Positions 35,836-48,683 of a DNA stretch of 64,000 nt are shown in pieces. Under the pieces are notes generated by a model. That model saw only the letters and a list, made by a program, of their open reading frames with translations, was not told the DNA's origin and did not search any database. Within the stretch, counting starts at the first letter, position 1. The number at the start of each line of letters is the position of its first letter. A program made the position numbers and the translations under genes. This DNA is from Terriglobia bacterium. GTDB lineage: Bacteria; Acidobacteriota; Polarisedimenticolia; Polarisedimenticolales; JAIQFR01. The stretch is from positions 2,048,001 through 2,112,000 of the forward strand of contig CAVVHE010000004.1 in assembly GCA_963748015.1 (NCBI GenBank). Direction: 5' to 3'.

Positions 35836-36494
35836 GTGCTGCAATCCGTCGAGGGGTTGATCCGCTGCGTTTCGCGGAGGCGCCGCCCGAGAGCCTCGGG
35901 ATCCTCGCCCGGCACCCAGTCCATCTTGGTCACGAGCGCCGCGGGCCGCAGGTGCGGCTCCGGGCTGCGGTGGCAGTCGAGGCACCAGCCCATGCTGAGC
36001 GGCTGCGACCTGGCGGACGACGTCCATCTTGTCGACGCGGCCGTGGCACTCGACGCAGCCGACGCCGCGCCGCACGTGGGCGCTGTGGTTGAAGTAGACG
36101 TAGTCGGGAAGGTCGTGGACCCGCACCCACGGCATCGGCATGCCGGTCGCCGCAGCTCTCGCCGGACGGGCAGGAGCTTCTCGCTCTGGGCGCGGATCTT
36201 CGCGTGGCAGTTCATGCAGGTCTGCGTCGGCGGCACGGCCGCATGCGCCGCGACCTCGACCGTGGTGTGGCAGTAGCGGCAGTCGATCCCGAGCTGGCCG
36301 GCGTGCAGCGCGTGGCTGTACGGGACCGGCTGCACGGGCGCGTAGCCGACCGCGATGGTCCTCGGCGAGAAGCCGTACCAGACCAGGAGAACCAGGTACG
36401 CGGGAAGGACGACAAGGAGAACCACCCCCAGGACGGGTCTCAGCCGGTCCACCCATTCGGGGAAAACGAAGCGCCCGGTGTTGTCGGTCGTCAT
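35823..36494 (-). CDS. actA: Alternative complex III pentaheme cytochrome c ActA (frameshifts near 36010-36165)
   Basis: Five CxxCH motifs (CRYCH, CMNCH, CVECH, CLDCH, CSTCH); [10 protein letters not shown] and [10 protein letters not shown]. Confidence 0.93.
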
Positions 36495-36504
36495 GGGGGG
36501 CCTC

Positions 36505-36534
36505 ATGATAACGGCGGGTTTCCGAAACCCGCAA
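36505..36534 (-). promoter_or_regulatory. actA promoter (TTGCGG-N18-TATCAT) overlapped by palindrome GCGGGTTTC-C-GAAACCCGC
   Basis: -10 at 36510-36505 and -35 at 36534-36529; perfect 9-bp inverted repeat at 36514-36532. Confidence 0.5.
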
Positions 36535-36577
36535 GGCCAAAGGCGCCTTTTGTGACAGGGCACTTGCCGCCCGGGCC

Positions 36578-36591
36578 TTGACCCCCGTCAA
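36578..36591. promoter_or_regulatory. FNR/Crp-family-like box TTGAC-N4-GTCAA
   Basis: TTGACCCCCGTCAA upstream of the ACIII-caa3 operon; same geometry as the FNR consensus TTGAT-N4-ATCAA. Confidence 0.55.
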
Positions 36592-36684
36592 CCTTGTCGC
36601 TCCTGCCTCCGGGTCGGCGCCGGGGCGGGCGCGAGGATAGACTGATCGGGCGGGCCATATCGCCCGCGCGGAGGATACGAGAAG

Positions 36685-37245
36685 ATGTCCAAGCGATTGG
36701 GGCGCGCCCTCCTCGGAACCCTGCTGCTCCTGGCGGCGGTCCTTCCCGCCGCGGCCCGGGTGGACGTGACGCTCGACGCGGCCTCCCTGAACGACCTCCT
36801 CGCGGTCATGGCGCCGAACGAGGTCCGGGTGCCCCTCACGGAGGGACGCAGCGTCACCCTGCAGCTCCACGACCTGAAGGTGACGGGCTTCGACCCGACC
36901 GAGGGGCAGAAGCAGGAGGGGTTCGTGCTCACCTCGGTTCGCCTCAAGGTCCCGGAGCTGTCCGTGGACATGCCGCTGACGCCGAGGCTCTCCCTCCAGG
37001 TCGCGGACAAGAACGGGAAGAAGGTCGCCTTCCTGCGCTTCGAGAAGGTCCTCGTCCCCCTCCCGTTCACCGGCTCCGTGGACGTGGCGCCGCTCGTCCC
37101 CGTCCTGCCGCTCCCCACCGATACCTCGTGGACCGTCGCCGCGGAGTCCGGCAACGTCCGGGTCCGCACGGTGCTGACCGAGGCGCGCATGGGCGCGAAG
37201 AACATCCGCCTCACCTTCGACCTCGACGCCGCGAAGGCGCCGTAG
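36685..37245 (+). CDS. Secreted hypothetical protein
   Basis: Signal peptide, GGAGG RBS, GC3 bias, beta-rich. Confidence 0.7.
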   Translation: MSKRLGRALLGTLLLLAAVLPAAARVDVTLDAASLNDLLAVMAPNEVRVPLTEGRSVTLQLHDLKVTGFDPTEGQKQEGFVLTSVRLKVPELSVDMPLTPRLSLQVADKNGKKVAFLRFEKVLVPLPFTGSVDVAPLVPVLPLPTDTSWTVAAESGNVRVRTVLTEARMGAKNIRLTFDLDAAKAP

Positions 37246-37305
37246 CCGCCCCTTTCGCCGCGGGGACGAAGCGGGTAGGCTGTCGGTGAAATCGCGGAGA
37301 AACGC

Positions 37306-38352
37306 ATGAAAGTCCTCATCCTCGGCGTCAACGGCTTCATCGGATCGCATCTCGTCGGGCGGATCCTGCGGACGACGGGTTGGGAGGTCTACGGGCTCGA
37401 CCTCGCCACCTACAAGATCCAGGAGTCCCTGTCCGACCCGAGGTTCCACTTCGTCGAGGGGGACGTGTCCATCTCGAAGGAGTGGATCGAGTACCACGTC
37501 AAGAAGTGCGACGTCGTGCTTCCCCTCGTCGCGATCGCGACCCCCGCGATCTACGTGAAGGACCCGCTCCGCGTCTTCGAGCTCGACTTCGAGGAGAATC
37601 TCAGGATCGTCCGCCAGTGCGTGAAGTACAAGAAGCGGGTGGTGTTCCCGTCCACGTCCGAGGTGTACGGGATGTGCCCCGATGACGAGTTCGACGAGGA
37701 GCAATCGAGCCTCGTCACCGGTCCGATCCCGATGCAGCGCTGGATCTACTCCACCTCGAAGCAGCTCATGGACCGCGTGATCTGGGCGTACGGCTTCCGG
37801 GACGGGCTCCGGTTCACGCTGTTCCGGCCGTTCAACTGGATCGGCCCGAAGCTCGACAGCCTCTACGCCGCGAAGGAGGGATCGTCGCGGGTGGTCACGC
37901 AGTTCATCTGGAACCTGATCCAGGGCGAGCCGCTCCACCTCGTGGACGGCGGCCACCAGCGGCGCTGCTTCATCTACGTGGACGACGCCATGGACGGCCT
38001 GATGAAGATCCTCGAGAACGAGGGGGGAAAGGCGGACGGCGGCATCTTCAACATCGGGAACCCGAAGCACGACTACAGCATGCGCGACGTGGCCGAGATG
38101 CTGCGCGACCTGTGGCGCGAGCACCCGCTGCGGAAGCTCCCGGTCCCGGACGTCGTCGAGACCTCGAGCGGCAAGTTCTACGGCAAGGGGTACCAGGACG
38201 TCTTCCACCGCACCCCCTCGATCCGGCGCATGCAGGAGGCTTTCGGCTTCGAGCCGAAGGTGGAGATGAGAGAAGGCCTCTCCCGTACCCTCGACTTCTT
38301 CCTCCGGGAATTCCAGGACATGGAGCAGCGCCCGGAAGGGGACCTGTCCTGA
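37306..38352 (+). CDS. arnA: Stand-alone ArnA-type UDP-glucuronate oxidase/decarboxylase (no formyltransferase domain)
   Basis: [57 protein letters not shown] and FRPFNWIGP. Confidence 0.88.
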   Translation: MKVLILGVNGFIGSHLVGRILRTTGWEVYGLDLATYKIQESLSDPRFHFVEGDVSISKEWIEYHVKKCDVVLPLVAIATPAIYVKDPLRVFELDFEENLRIVRQCVKYKKRVVFPSTSEVYGMCPDDEFDEEQSSLVTGPIPMQRWIYSTSKQLMDRVIWAYGFRDGLRFTLFRPFNWIGPKLDSLYAAKEGSSRVVTQFIWNLIQGEPLHLVDGGHQRRCFIYVDDAMDGLMKILENEGGKADGGIFNIGNPKHDYSMRDVAEMLRDLWREHPLRKLPVPDVVETSSGKFYGKGYQDVFHRTPSIRRMQEAFGFEPKVEMREGLSRTLDFFLREFQDMEQRPEGDLS

Positions 38353-38356
38353 GCGA

Positions 38357-38379
38357 GCGGGCTCCGTGCGGGAGCCCGC
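38357..38379 (+). terminator. Hairpin between the arnA-like gene and metH
   Basis: GCGGGCTCC-N5-GGAGCCCGC; no U-tract. Confidence 0.3.
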
Positions 38380-38407
38380 GAGTCGAAGGACGGGGACTTT
38401 GACGACG

Positions 38408-42079
<3,672 letters not shown>

Positions 42080-42143
42080 CGGTCGCACCCGCAAGGACTC
42101 CCGGTCAGCGCGCGGTTTTCAGGGAGGACGGTCGCCGCGCTCC

Positions 42144-42743
42144 TCAGCGTGCCCCTGCGGGCCGGCTCGCCGGCGGCACGATCCCGTTCAAGCGGAGGTA
42201 CACGACGAGCTGGCCGTAGTGATCCGACGCGTGCCAGACCGCGAGCGTCGTGAGCCCCAAGCGCGTGGACTCGCCGCCGTACGGTCCGCCCGCCGCCTCG
42301 AGCGCGTTGGCCGGCGTCATCGTCCGGAGCACGCCCTGGGCGTAGGCGAACGACTCGCGCAGGTAGGTCAAGATCTCGGCCTTCGTCTTCGCCGGGCTCG
42401 GCCCGCCCGTATCGCACCGGGACGGCGGCTCCTTCTTCTCGATCTCGTCGAAGAAGGCGAAGTTGGCGCACGCCACGTGCTTGACCTGCTCTCCGAACGT
42501 CCGCGCGTCCTTGAACTCTCCGCTCGCCGGCTTGAATCCGTACTTGTCGGCGGGCATGGCGTCGGCCAGGCCGACGAACGATCGCTCGATCATCGTGAAC
42601 CGCTCGGCGACGGCAGCCGCCATGGGGTCGACACGCTCCTGCGCGGGCCCGCTTGCGGCGAGCGCCAGGCATGCCGCGGCCACGGGTATGGCCATGATTC
42701 GCCGGGGATTTCTCGTGCCTTGCCTGCAGAAATCGGCGTTCAT
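42144..42743 (-). CDS. DinB family protein, probably exported
   Basis: AMPADKYGFKP, RTFGEQVKHV and HASDHYGQLVVYLRLNGIVPP; start could be 42695. Confidence 0.85.
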   Translation of the reverse strand: MNADFCRQGTRNPRRIMAIPVAAACLALAASGPAQERVDPMAAAVAERFTMIERSFVGLADAMPADKYGFKPASGEFKDARTFGEQVKHVACANFAFFDEIEKKEPPSRCDTGGPSPAKTKAEILTYLRESFAYAQGVLRTMTPANALEAAGGPYGGESTRLGLTTLAVWHASDHYGQLVVYLRLNGIVPPASRPAGAR

Positions 42744-42966
42744 GTCCTTTACCTCTTCCCGGAGAATGTCACGACTCCCGGGCTCGACCTGCGGCCGACG
42801 AGATCGCAAGGCCGGATGGGCCTTTTCACCACTGACGGGAGAAGCTCGCCGTCCTCCCGCCTCGAGATCCTATTCTCCCACCGACGCAGCCGAATGCGAC
42901 TCGGCCCCCGGCGGCCTCGAGAGCGAGGAGGCGGCGCACGACGCCCGCACCGAGGAGCCCCCCCGC

Positions 42967-45900
42967 CTACGGACACGCCGTGCCGGACCGCTCCGCTCCC
43001 CCGCTCGACGAACCGTACGATCCGCGGCCGCAGGCGTTGCTCGCTCGAACCACGTAGTAGAACCCGGAGCCCGTCGCCGGACTCGCCGCATCGACGGCTG
43101 CCGTCGAGGAGGTTCCGGAGCCCAGGCATTGCTCCCCCGGCCCGCTGCCCACGGGAAGCCGGGCGAGATCCCCGCGCAACGGGTCGTACACCGTGCCGGG
43201 GCCGGCGACCGTCGCGAGCGAGCCCCAGGTCAGCGCCGTCTTGGCGGCGAAGAGGAGGTCGGCCGTCTCCGGCGGCGCCGCCCAGACCGACAAATCGGCC
43301 GGCGCGCAATCGCACGTGTCGCCGTGCCCGTCGAGGTCCGTGTCGGACTGGTCGGGGTTGTACCGGGAGGGACAGTTGTCGCATGCGTCGCCCAGTCCGT
43401 CCGGCGACGGGGAATCCGCGGCGGTTCCCGCCAGCTCGACGGCGTCGATCTCCTCCCATCCGTCGATGCTGGTGCGGATCCGTGCGCCGACGACGAGGTA
43501 TTCCGTGGCCGCGAAGGTGGTCGAAAACGGCGTCGCGCAGGAGGCGGTGTCGCTGCCGGACCAGATCGTGTGATAGGTCCCCGCGGTGTCGAGCAGCTCG
43601 ACCTGGTAGACGAAACCGAATATCCACGTCTCGTACACCGTGACTCCCGTCGCGTTGACCGGAATCGGGAAGCGCACGGCAAGCCACTCCGGATCGGGAC
43701 CGTCGTTCAGAGGCGCCCAGGCGCGGCCGTCATCGGCGCAGCCCGGGACGTCCGGAGCGCCCACGGCCGAGGACGCGCCGAAGTCCCAGGACGAGTACTC
43801 GCTGCTCGCCGTCGCGGACGAGGCCCACTGCCACGTCGGCCCGTTCACGCGGTCCCCGTCGGCCTGGTCGGCGTTCGCCACATCCGGGCAGTTGTCGGTC
43901 GGGCAGGTATTGACCGGGAAGCCCGTGTCGCCGGCGCCGTCGCCGTCGGTGTCCGTGCACGTATCGCAAGCGTTCCCGAGGCCGTCGCCGTCCGTGTCGG
44001 CCTGGCTCGCGTTCGCCACCGTGGGGCAGTTGTCGCAGGCATCCCCCGGACCGTCGCCATCCGTGTCGAGCTGGGTCGCGTTCACGGCCGTCGGGCAGTT
44101 GTCGCAGGCGTCCCCACGGCCGTCCCCGTCCGCGTCGGACTGGCTCGGATTCGCGAGCGCCGGACAATTGTCGCAAGCGTCGCCGCGGCCGTCGTGGTCC
44201 GCGTCCGGCTGGCCCGCGTTCGGGATGGCCGGACAGTTGTCGCAGGCGTCGCCGCGGCCGTCGTGGTCCGCGTCGGCCTGGCTCGGGTTGAGAACGAGCG
44301 TGCAGTTGTCGCAGAGGTCGCCGCGGCCGTCACCGTCCGCGTCCTCCTGGCCCGGATTCGTCACGGTGGGGCAGTTGTCGCACGCGTCGCCTAGGCTATC
44401 GCCATCCGAGTTCACCTGGGTCGGGTTCGCCGTCGTCCGGCAGTTGTCGCACGCGTCGCCGCGCCCGTCCCCGTCCGCGTCCGCCTGGCTCGCGTTCGCG
44501 GCCGCCGGGCAGTTGTCGCACGCGTCCCCGCGCCCGTCCCCGTCCGCGTCCGCCTGGCTCGGATTCGCGACGGTCGGACAGTTGTCGCAGGCGTCGCCCC
44601 GGACATCGCCGTCCGCGTCGGACTGGCTCGCGTTGGGGATCGAGACGCAGTTGTCGCACGCGTCCCCACGCCCGTCCCCGTCCGAGTCCGCCTGGCTCGC
44701 GTTCGCGACCGCCGGGCAGTTGTCGCACGCGTCCCCGCGCCCGTCCCCGTCCGTGTCCGCCTGGCCCGGGTTCGCGACCGCCGGGCAGTTGTCGCACGCG
44801 TCCCCGAGTCCGTCCGCGTCTCCGTCGGCCTGGCCCGGATTCGACACGGCGGGGCAATTGTCCGAGGGACACGTGTTTCGGGGAAACCCGGGATCGCCGA
44901 AGCCGTCGCGATCCACGTCGGTGCAGCCGTCGCAGCCGTCCCCCAGGCCGTCCCCGTCGGCGTCCGCCTGCGAGGGATTCGCGAGACCCTGGCAGTTGTC
45001 GCAGGCGTCGCCCGCGCCGTCGCCGTCCGAGTCGAACTGGCTCGCGTTCGCGACCGTCGGGCAGTTGTCGCAGGCGTCTCCGAGGCCGTCGCCGTCCGAG
45101 TCGAGCTGGTCGGCGTTCGCCTCGGCCGGGCAGTCGTCGCAAGCGTCGCCGATGCCGTCCCCGTCGGCATCGGCCTGGTCCGCGTTCGACACCCACGGGC
45201 AGTTGTCCGTGGGGCACGTGCCCGCGGGGAGTCCGGGATTCCCGAATCCGTCTCCGTCGGGGTCCGTGCAGGGATCGCAGGCGTCGCCGACACCGTCGTG
45301 ATCGGCGTCGAACTGATCGTTGTTGGGTGTTCCGGGACAGTTGTCCCAGGGCGCACAGACGTCGTCCCGGTCCGGGTCGCCCTCGCCGTTCGTCCCGCAG
45401 ATGCCGCAATAGCGGGCGCCGGTGTTGAACGAGTTGCTGATTCGGTTTCCGTAGGTGGCTCCGCCCCAGACGATCATCTCGCTGCCGGTCCAGACGGCGG
45501 TGTGAGCGCCGCGCGCGGACGGACGGTTCGTCCCTACCGACGTGTACCGCCAGGTATCGGTCACCGGATCGTACCGGCCGCCGCTGTAGGTAGGCATCCA
45601 GCCGTAGTAGTAATTGTCGATGGACCCGCCCCAGACGATCATCTCGCTCCCGGTCCAGACGGCAGAGAACGAGATGCGTGGCCAGAGCGAGTCGGCGCCC
45701 GTCGCGGCGCGTTGCCAGGTATCGGTCGAAGGGTCGTAGGAACCTCCGGTGTCGACCGCGGTATTGTCGTCGGCGAGCACACCGCCCCATACGATCATCC
45801 TGGCTCCGGTCCACACCGCGGCGGGCAGCCAGACGGCCGGCGGGGCGGACGCGACGGAGGTCGGGGTCCAGGCGTCCCCCGCGGGGTCGTAACGGCCCCC

Positions 45901-48496
45901 GGTGTTCAGGACGTTCGTACCGTCCCGCCCGGCCCAGACGATCATCTCGGAGCCGCTCCAGACCGCGGCGTGGCCCGCGCGCGGGGACGGGAGGCCTGCG
46001 CCGGTGGACGTGGGGGTCCAGGCGTCCTGCCATGGGTCGTAGCGCGCGCCGGTCGCGAGGTAACCCGTTGCACCCTGCCCTCCCCAGACGATCATCTCGA
46101 CGCCGGTCCAGACCGCGGAATGGGAAGTGCGACTCTCGGCGCTGCCGCTTCCGACGGACGTCGGAGTCCAGGCATCACGCGCTGGATCGTATCGCCCTCC
46201 GCTGTTCAAGAAGATCTCGCTGTTTCCCTCCCATTGGTTCCCGCCCCAAACGATCATCTCGACGCCGGTCCAAATCGCGGTTCGCGCCCAGCGCGGGTCC
46301 GGGACGCCTGCGCTCGTGGACGTCGGCGTCCAGGCGTCGGTCACGGGGTCGTAGCGTCCGCCGCTGTTGAACAGGATTCCGGACGGACCGTACGAGTACC
46401 CGCCCCACACGATCATCTCGGCGCCGGTCCAGACCGCGGCGTGATTTGCGCGCGCGGCGGGCGCCTCGACGCCGGCCGCCGTCGGCGTCCAGACGTCGCG
46501 CGCGGGGTCGTATCGCCCGCCGCTGTTGAAGCTGGTGCCGCGCCGAAAGTCTCCCTTGTTGGTACCGCCCCACACGATCATTTCGGTCCCCGTCCACACC
46601 GCCGTGTGCCAGTATCGGCTCTCGGGCTGGTCGAGCGTGGCCGTTGGCAGCCAAGCGTCCGCCGTGGGGGCATACCTCCCGCCCGTGCCCAGCGGCAGGT
46701 AGTCCGTGCCGTCCCAGTGAGCGCCCCCCAGACGATCATCTCCGTCCCGGTCCAGATCGCGGAGTGGACAACGCGGACGGAAGGGACGTTCGAACCGATG
46801 GACGTCGCGGTCCAAGAGTTCGTTGCCGGGTTGTAGCGCCCGCCCGTGTTGAGGTCGGTGCTCGAGCTTTGGGTGGGACCGTTGTTGCCGCCCCAGATGA
46901 TCATCTCGGTCCCCGTCCAGACCGCCGAGTGATCGGAACGAGCCAGCGGCACGCCTGACACGGTGGACGTCGGCGTCCACGTGTTCGTGGCCGGCGCGTA
47001 GCGTCCTCCGGTGGCGAGGTCCGCGGAGCCGTTCCAGCCTCCCCAGACGATCATCTCCGATCCGGTCCACACCGCGGTGTGGGCCGTGCGGGCCGCCGGC
47101 AGGTTGGATCCGGTGGACGTCGGCGACCAGGAGTCGGACCCGGGATTGTAGCGTCCGCCGGTGTCCAGCAAGTTGTATTGGTTGTCGCCACCCCAGACGA
47201 TCATCTCCGTGCCGGTCCAGACGACGGCGTGCCGGTATCGCACCTCGGGGACGCCGATGGTGGACGTGGGGCTCCACGTGTCGCTCGCCGGGTCGTACCG
47301 GCCTCCGGTATTCACCGGTTGCCAGGTGAGCCCCCCCAGACGATCATTCGGGTCCCCGTCCAAACCGCGCTGTGGGTGTAGCGCGCCTCCGGAACGCCGG
47401 CTCCCAACGAGGTGGGTGTCCAGGAGTCGGTGGCCGGCGTGTAGCGCGAGCCGGTCCTCACCTGCCAGTCGCCAGCGAACCCGCCCCAGACGATCATCTC
47501 GGATCCGGTCCAGACCGCGCTGTGCTCGTAGCGCGGATCGGGGACCGCAGGAGACATCGGCGCCCAGTCGTCCGACCGAACGCAGCCGCTACCGGAGATG
47601 GCCGGCAGCGTCATCGGCGCGTCCGCCTCGCTGCCCGCGCGTGCGGCGGGCGTCGCCGAGCGGCCGAGCAGTGTGCCTCGCGTCGCCGCCCACCAATCGT
47701 CGAACGTCCGCTTCGGCCACGAGCGCGTGGCCACCCGGACCCGGCCATCCAACAGCTCGAGGACCTCGACCGAGTAGAAGCGGTCGGCGTCCTCGCGGAG
47801 CGGGCTCCAGACGTTTAGCGGGACGTCCGACTCGGTGGCGTCGAAGGAAGCACGCAACGAGGCGACACGTGCACCGAACTCCTCGCCCGAGAGCTCGAGC
47901 GCCTCGCCGGTCCGGCGTGCGCCTTCGCCCTGCGTTCCGCTTCCGGCGACCCATGTCGTTTCGTGGTACTCGCCGGTCGCCGGCGCCGCGGTCGGCGGCG
48001 CGGCGCCGAGCGCCGCGTGCGCGTTCTCCTCGAGTGCACCGTGGAATCTCGAGTCGAACGCGTACCGGTTTCGGATCAGCCGGTCCACGAGCACCTGCCT
48101 CGCCAGGCACTCCCCGATCACCGCAGGATCGTCGCGCAAGGCGAGGAACAGTTCTCCGAGCACCTCCGGATTGCGGGTCTGCTTCGCCATCCGCTCTATC
48201 TCGGCCTGGAGCTCGAAGGACCGAATCGGACTGGCCCAGATCGCCTCGAGGGCCGCGGACTTCGCCAGGTAGTCCTCGACCTTCGCCCGGATGGCGCTGT
48301 CCGGCAGCACGGCGGCCAGCGCGGGCTTCGGCTGAGGGTTCTCCCGAGGCCACGTCCGGTGGGACCAGTAGACCTGCTCGATCGCTTTCTGCGCGGCGAC
48401 GCGCTCCTCGATCGTCAGCTCGCGGGCTCGAGCCACGGTGACCGCCGCCCGACAGACGCAAAACGCGAGGGCGAGACACACGAGCCCTTTCCGCAT
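42967..48496 (-). CDS. Giant secreted protein (~1840 aa): helical N-domain, 14 Kelch-like repeats, ~20 thrombospondin type-3 repeats, discoidin-like insert, C-terminal domain; two poly-G frameshifts
   Basis: Joins ORFs 47312-48496, 46578-47363 and 42967-47277. Adding one G at each of C7 (47331-47337) and C6 (46724-46729) restores WGG codons and a single frame. Confidence 0.85.
43290..45385 (-). repeat. Tandem 63-bp thrombospondin type-3 (DNCP..N..Q.D.DGDG.GDAC) coding repeats
   Basis: About 20 units of 21 aa; near-identical DNA copies around 44450-44800; interrupted by an inserted domain at ~43425-43840. Confidence 0.9.
45410..47570 (-). repeat. 14 Kelch-like repeats (H.AVWTG.EMIVWGG...GGRYDP..D.W)
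   Basis: 14 WTG/WSG-x-E/R-MI-x-W motifs counted across the three frames. Confidence 0.88.
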
Positions 48497-48524
48497 GGAA
48501 GCCTCCGATCGCTCGCAGAAACCC

Positions 48525-48553
48525 TAAGTACGGTCCGGGGGCGCGGAAGTCAA
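48525..48553 (-). promoter_or_regulatory. Candidate promoter TTGACT-N17-TACTTA for the Kelch/TSP3 gene
   Basis: -35 at 48553-48548 and -10 at 48530-48525; GGAGG RBS before ATG 48496. Confidence 0.45.
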
Positions 48554-48683
48554 CTCGGAAGCCGCAAAGGCTCTCGGCTTGGATCGCGCCCCCCACCACC
48601 CTGCGGTCAGTACCGCTCGCAAGAAAACACGGTCGAGCACGCCGTGAGGTCGTTGGTGACCAACTTGGGGAGGACATATCGCG

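Noticed and set aside
48555..48585. c-di-GMP-I riboswitch-like GCCGCAAAG segment
   Set aside because: Wrong strand for the downstream gene and lacks the GNRA-capped P2 stem.
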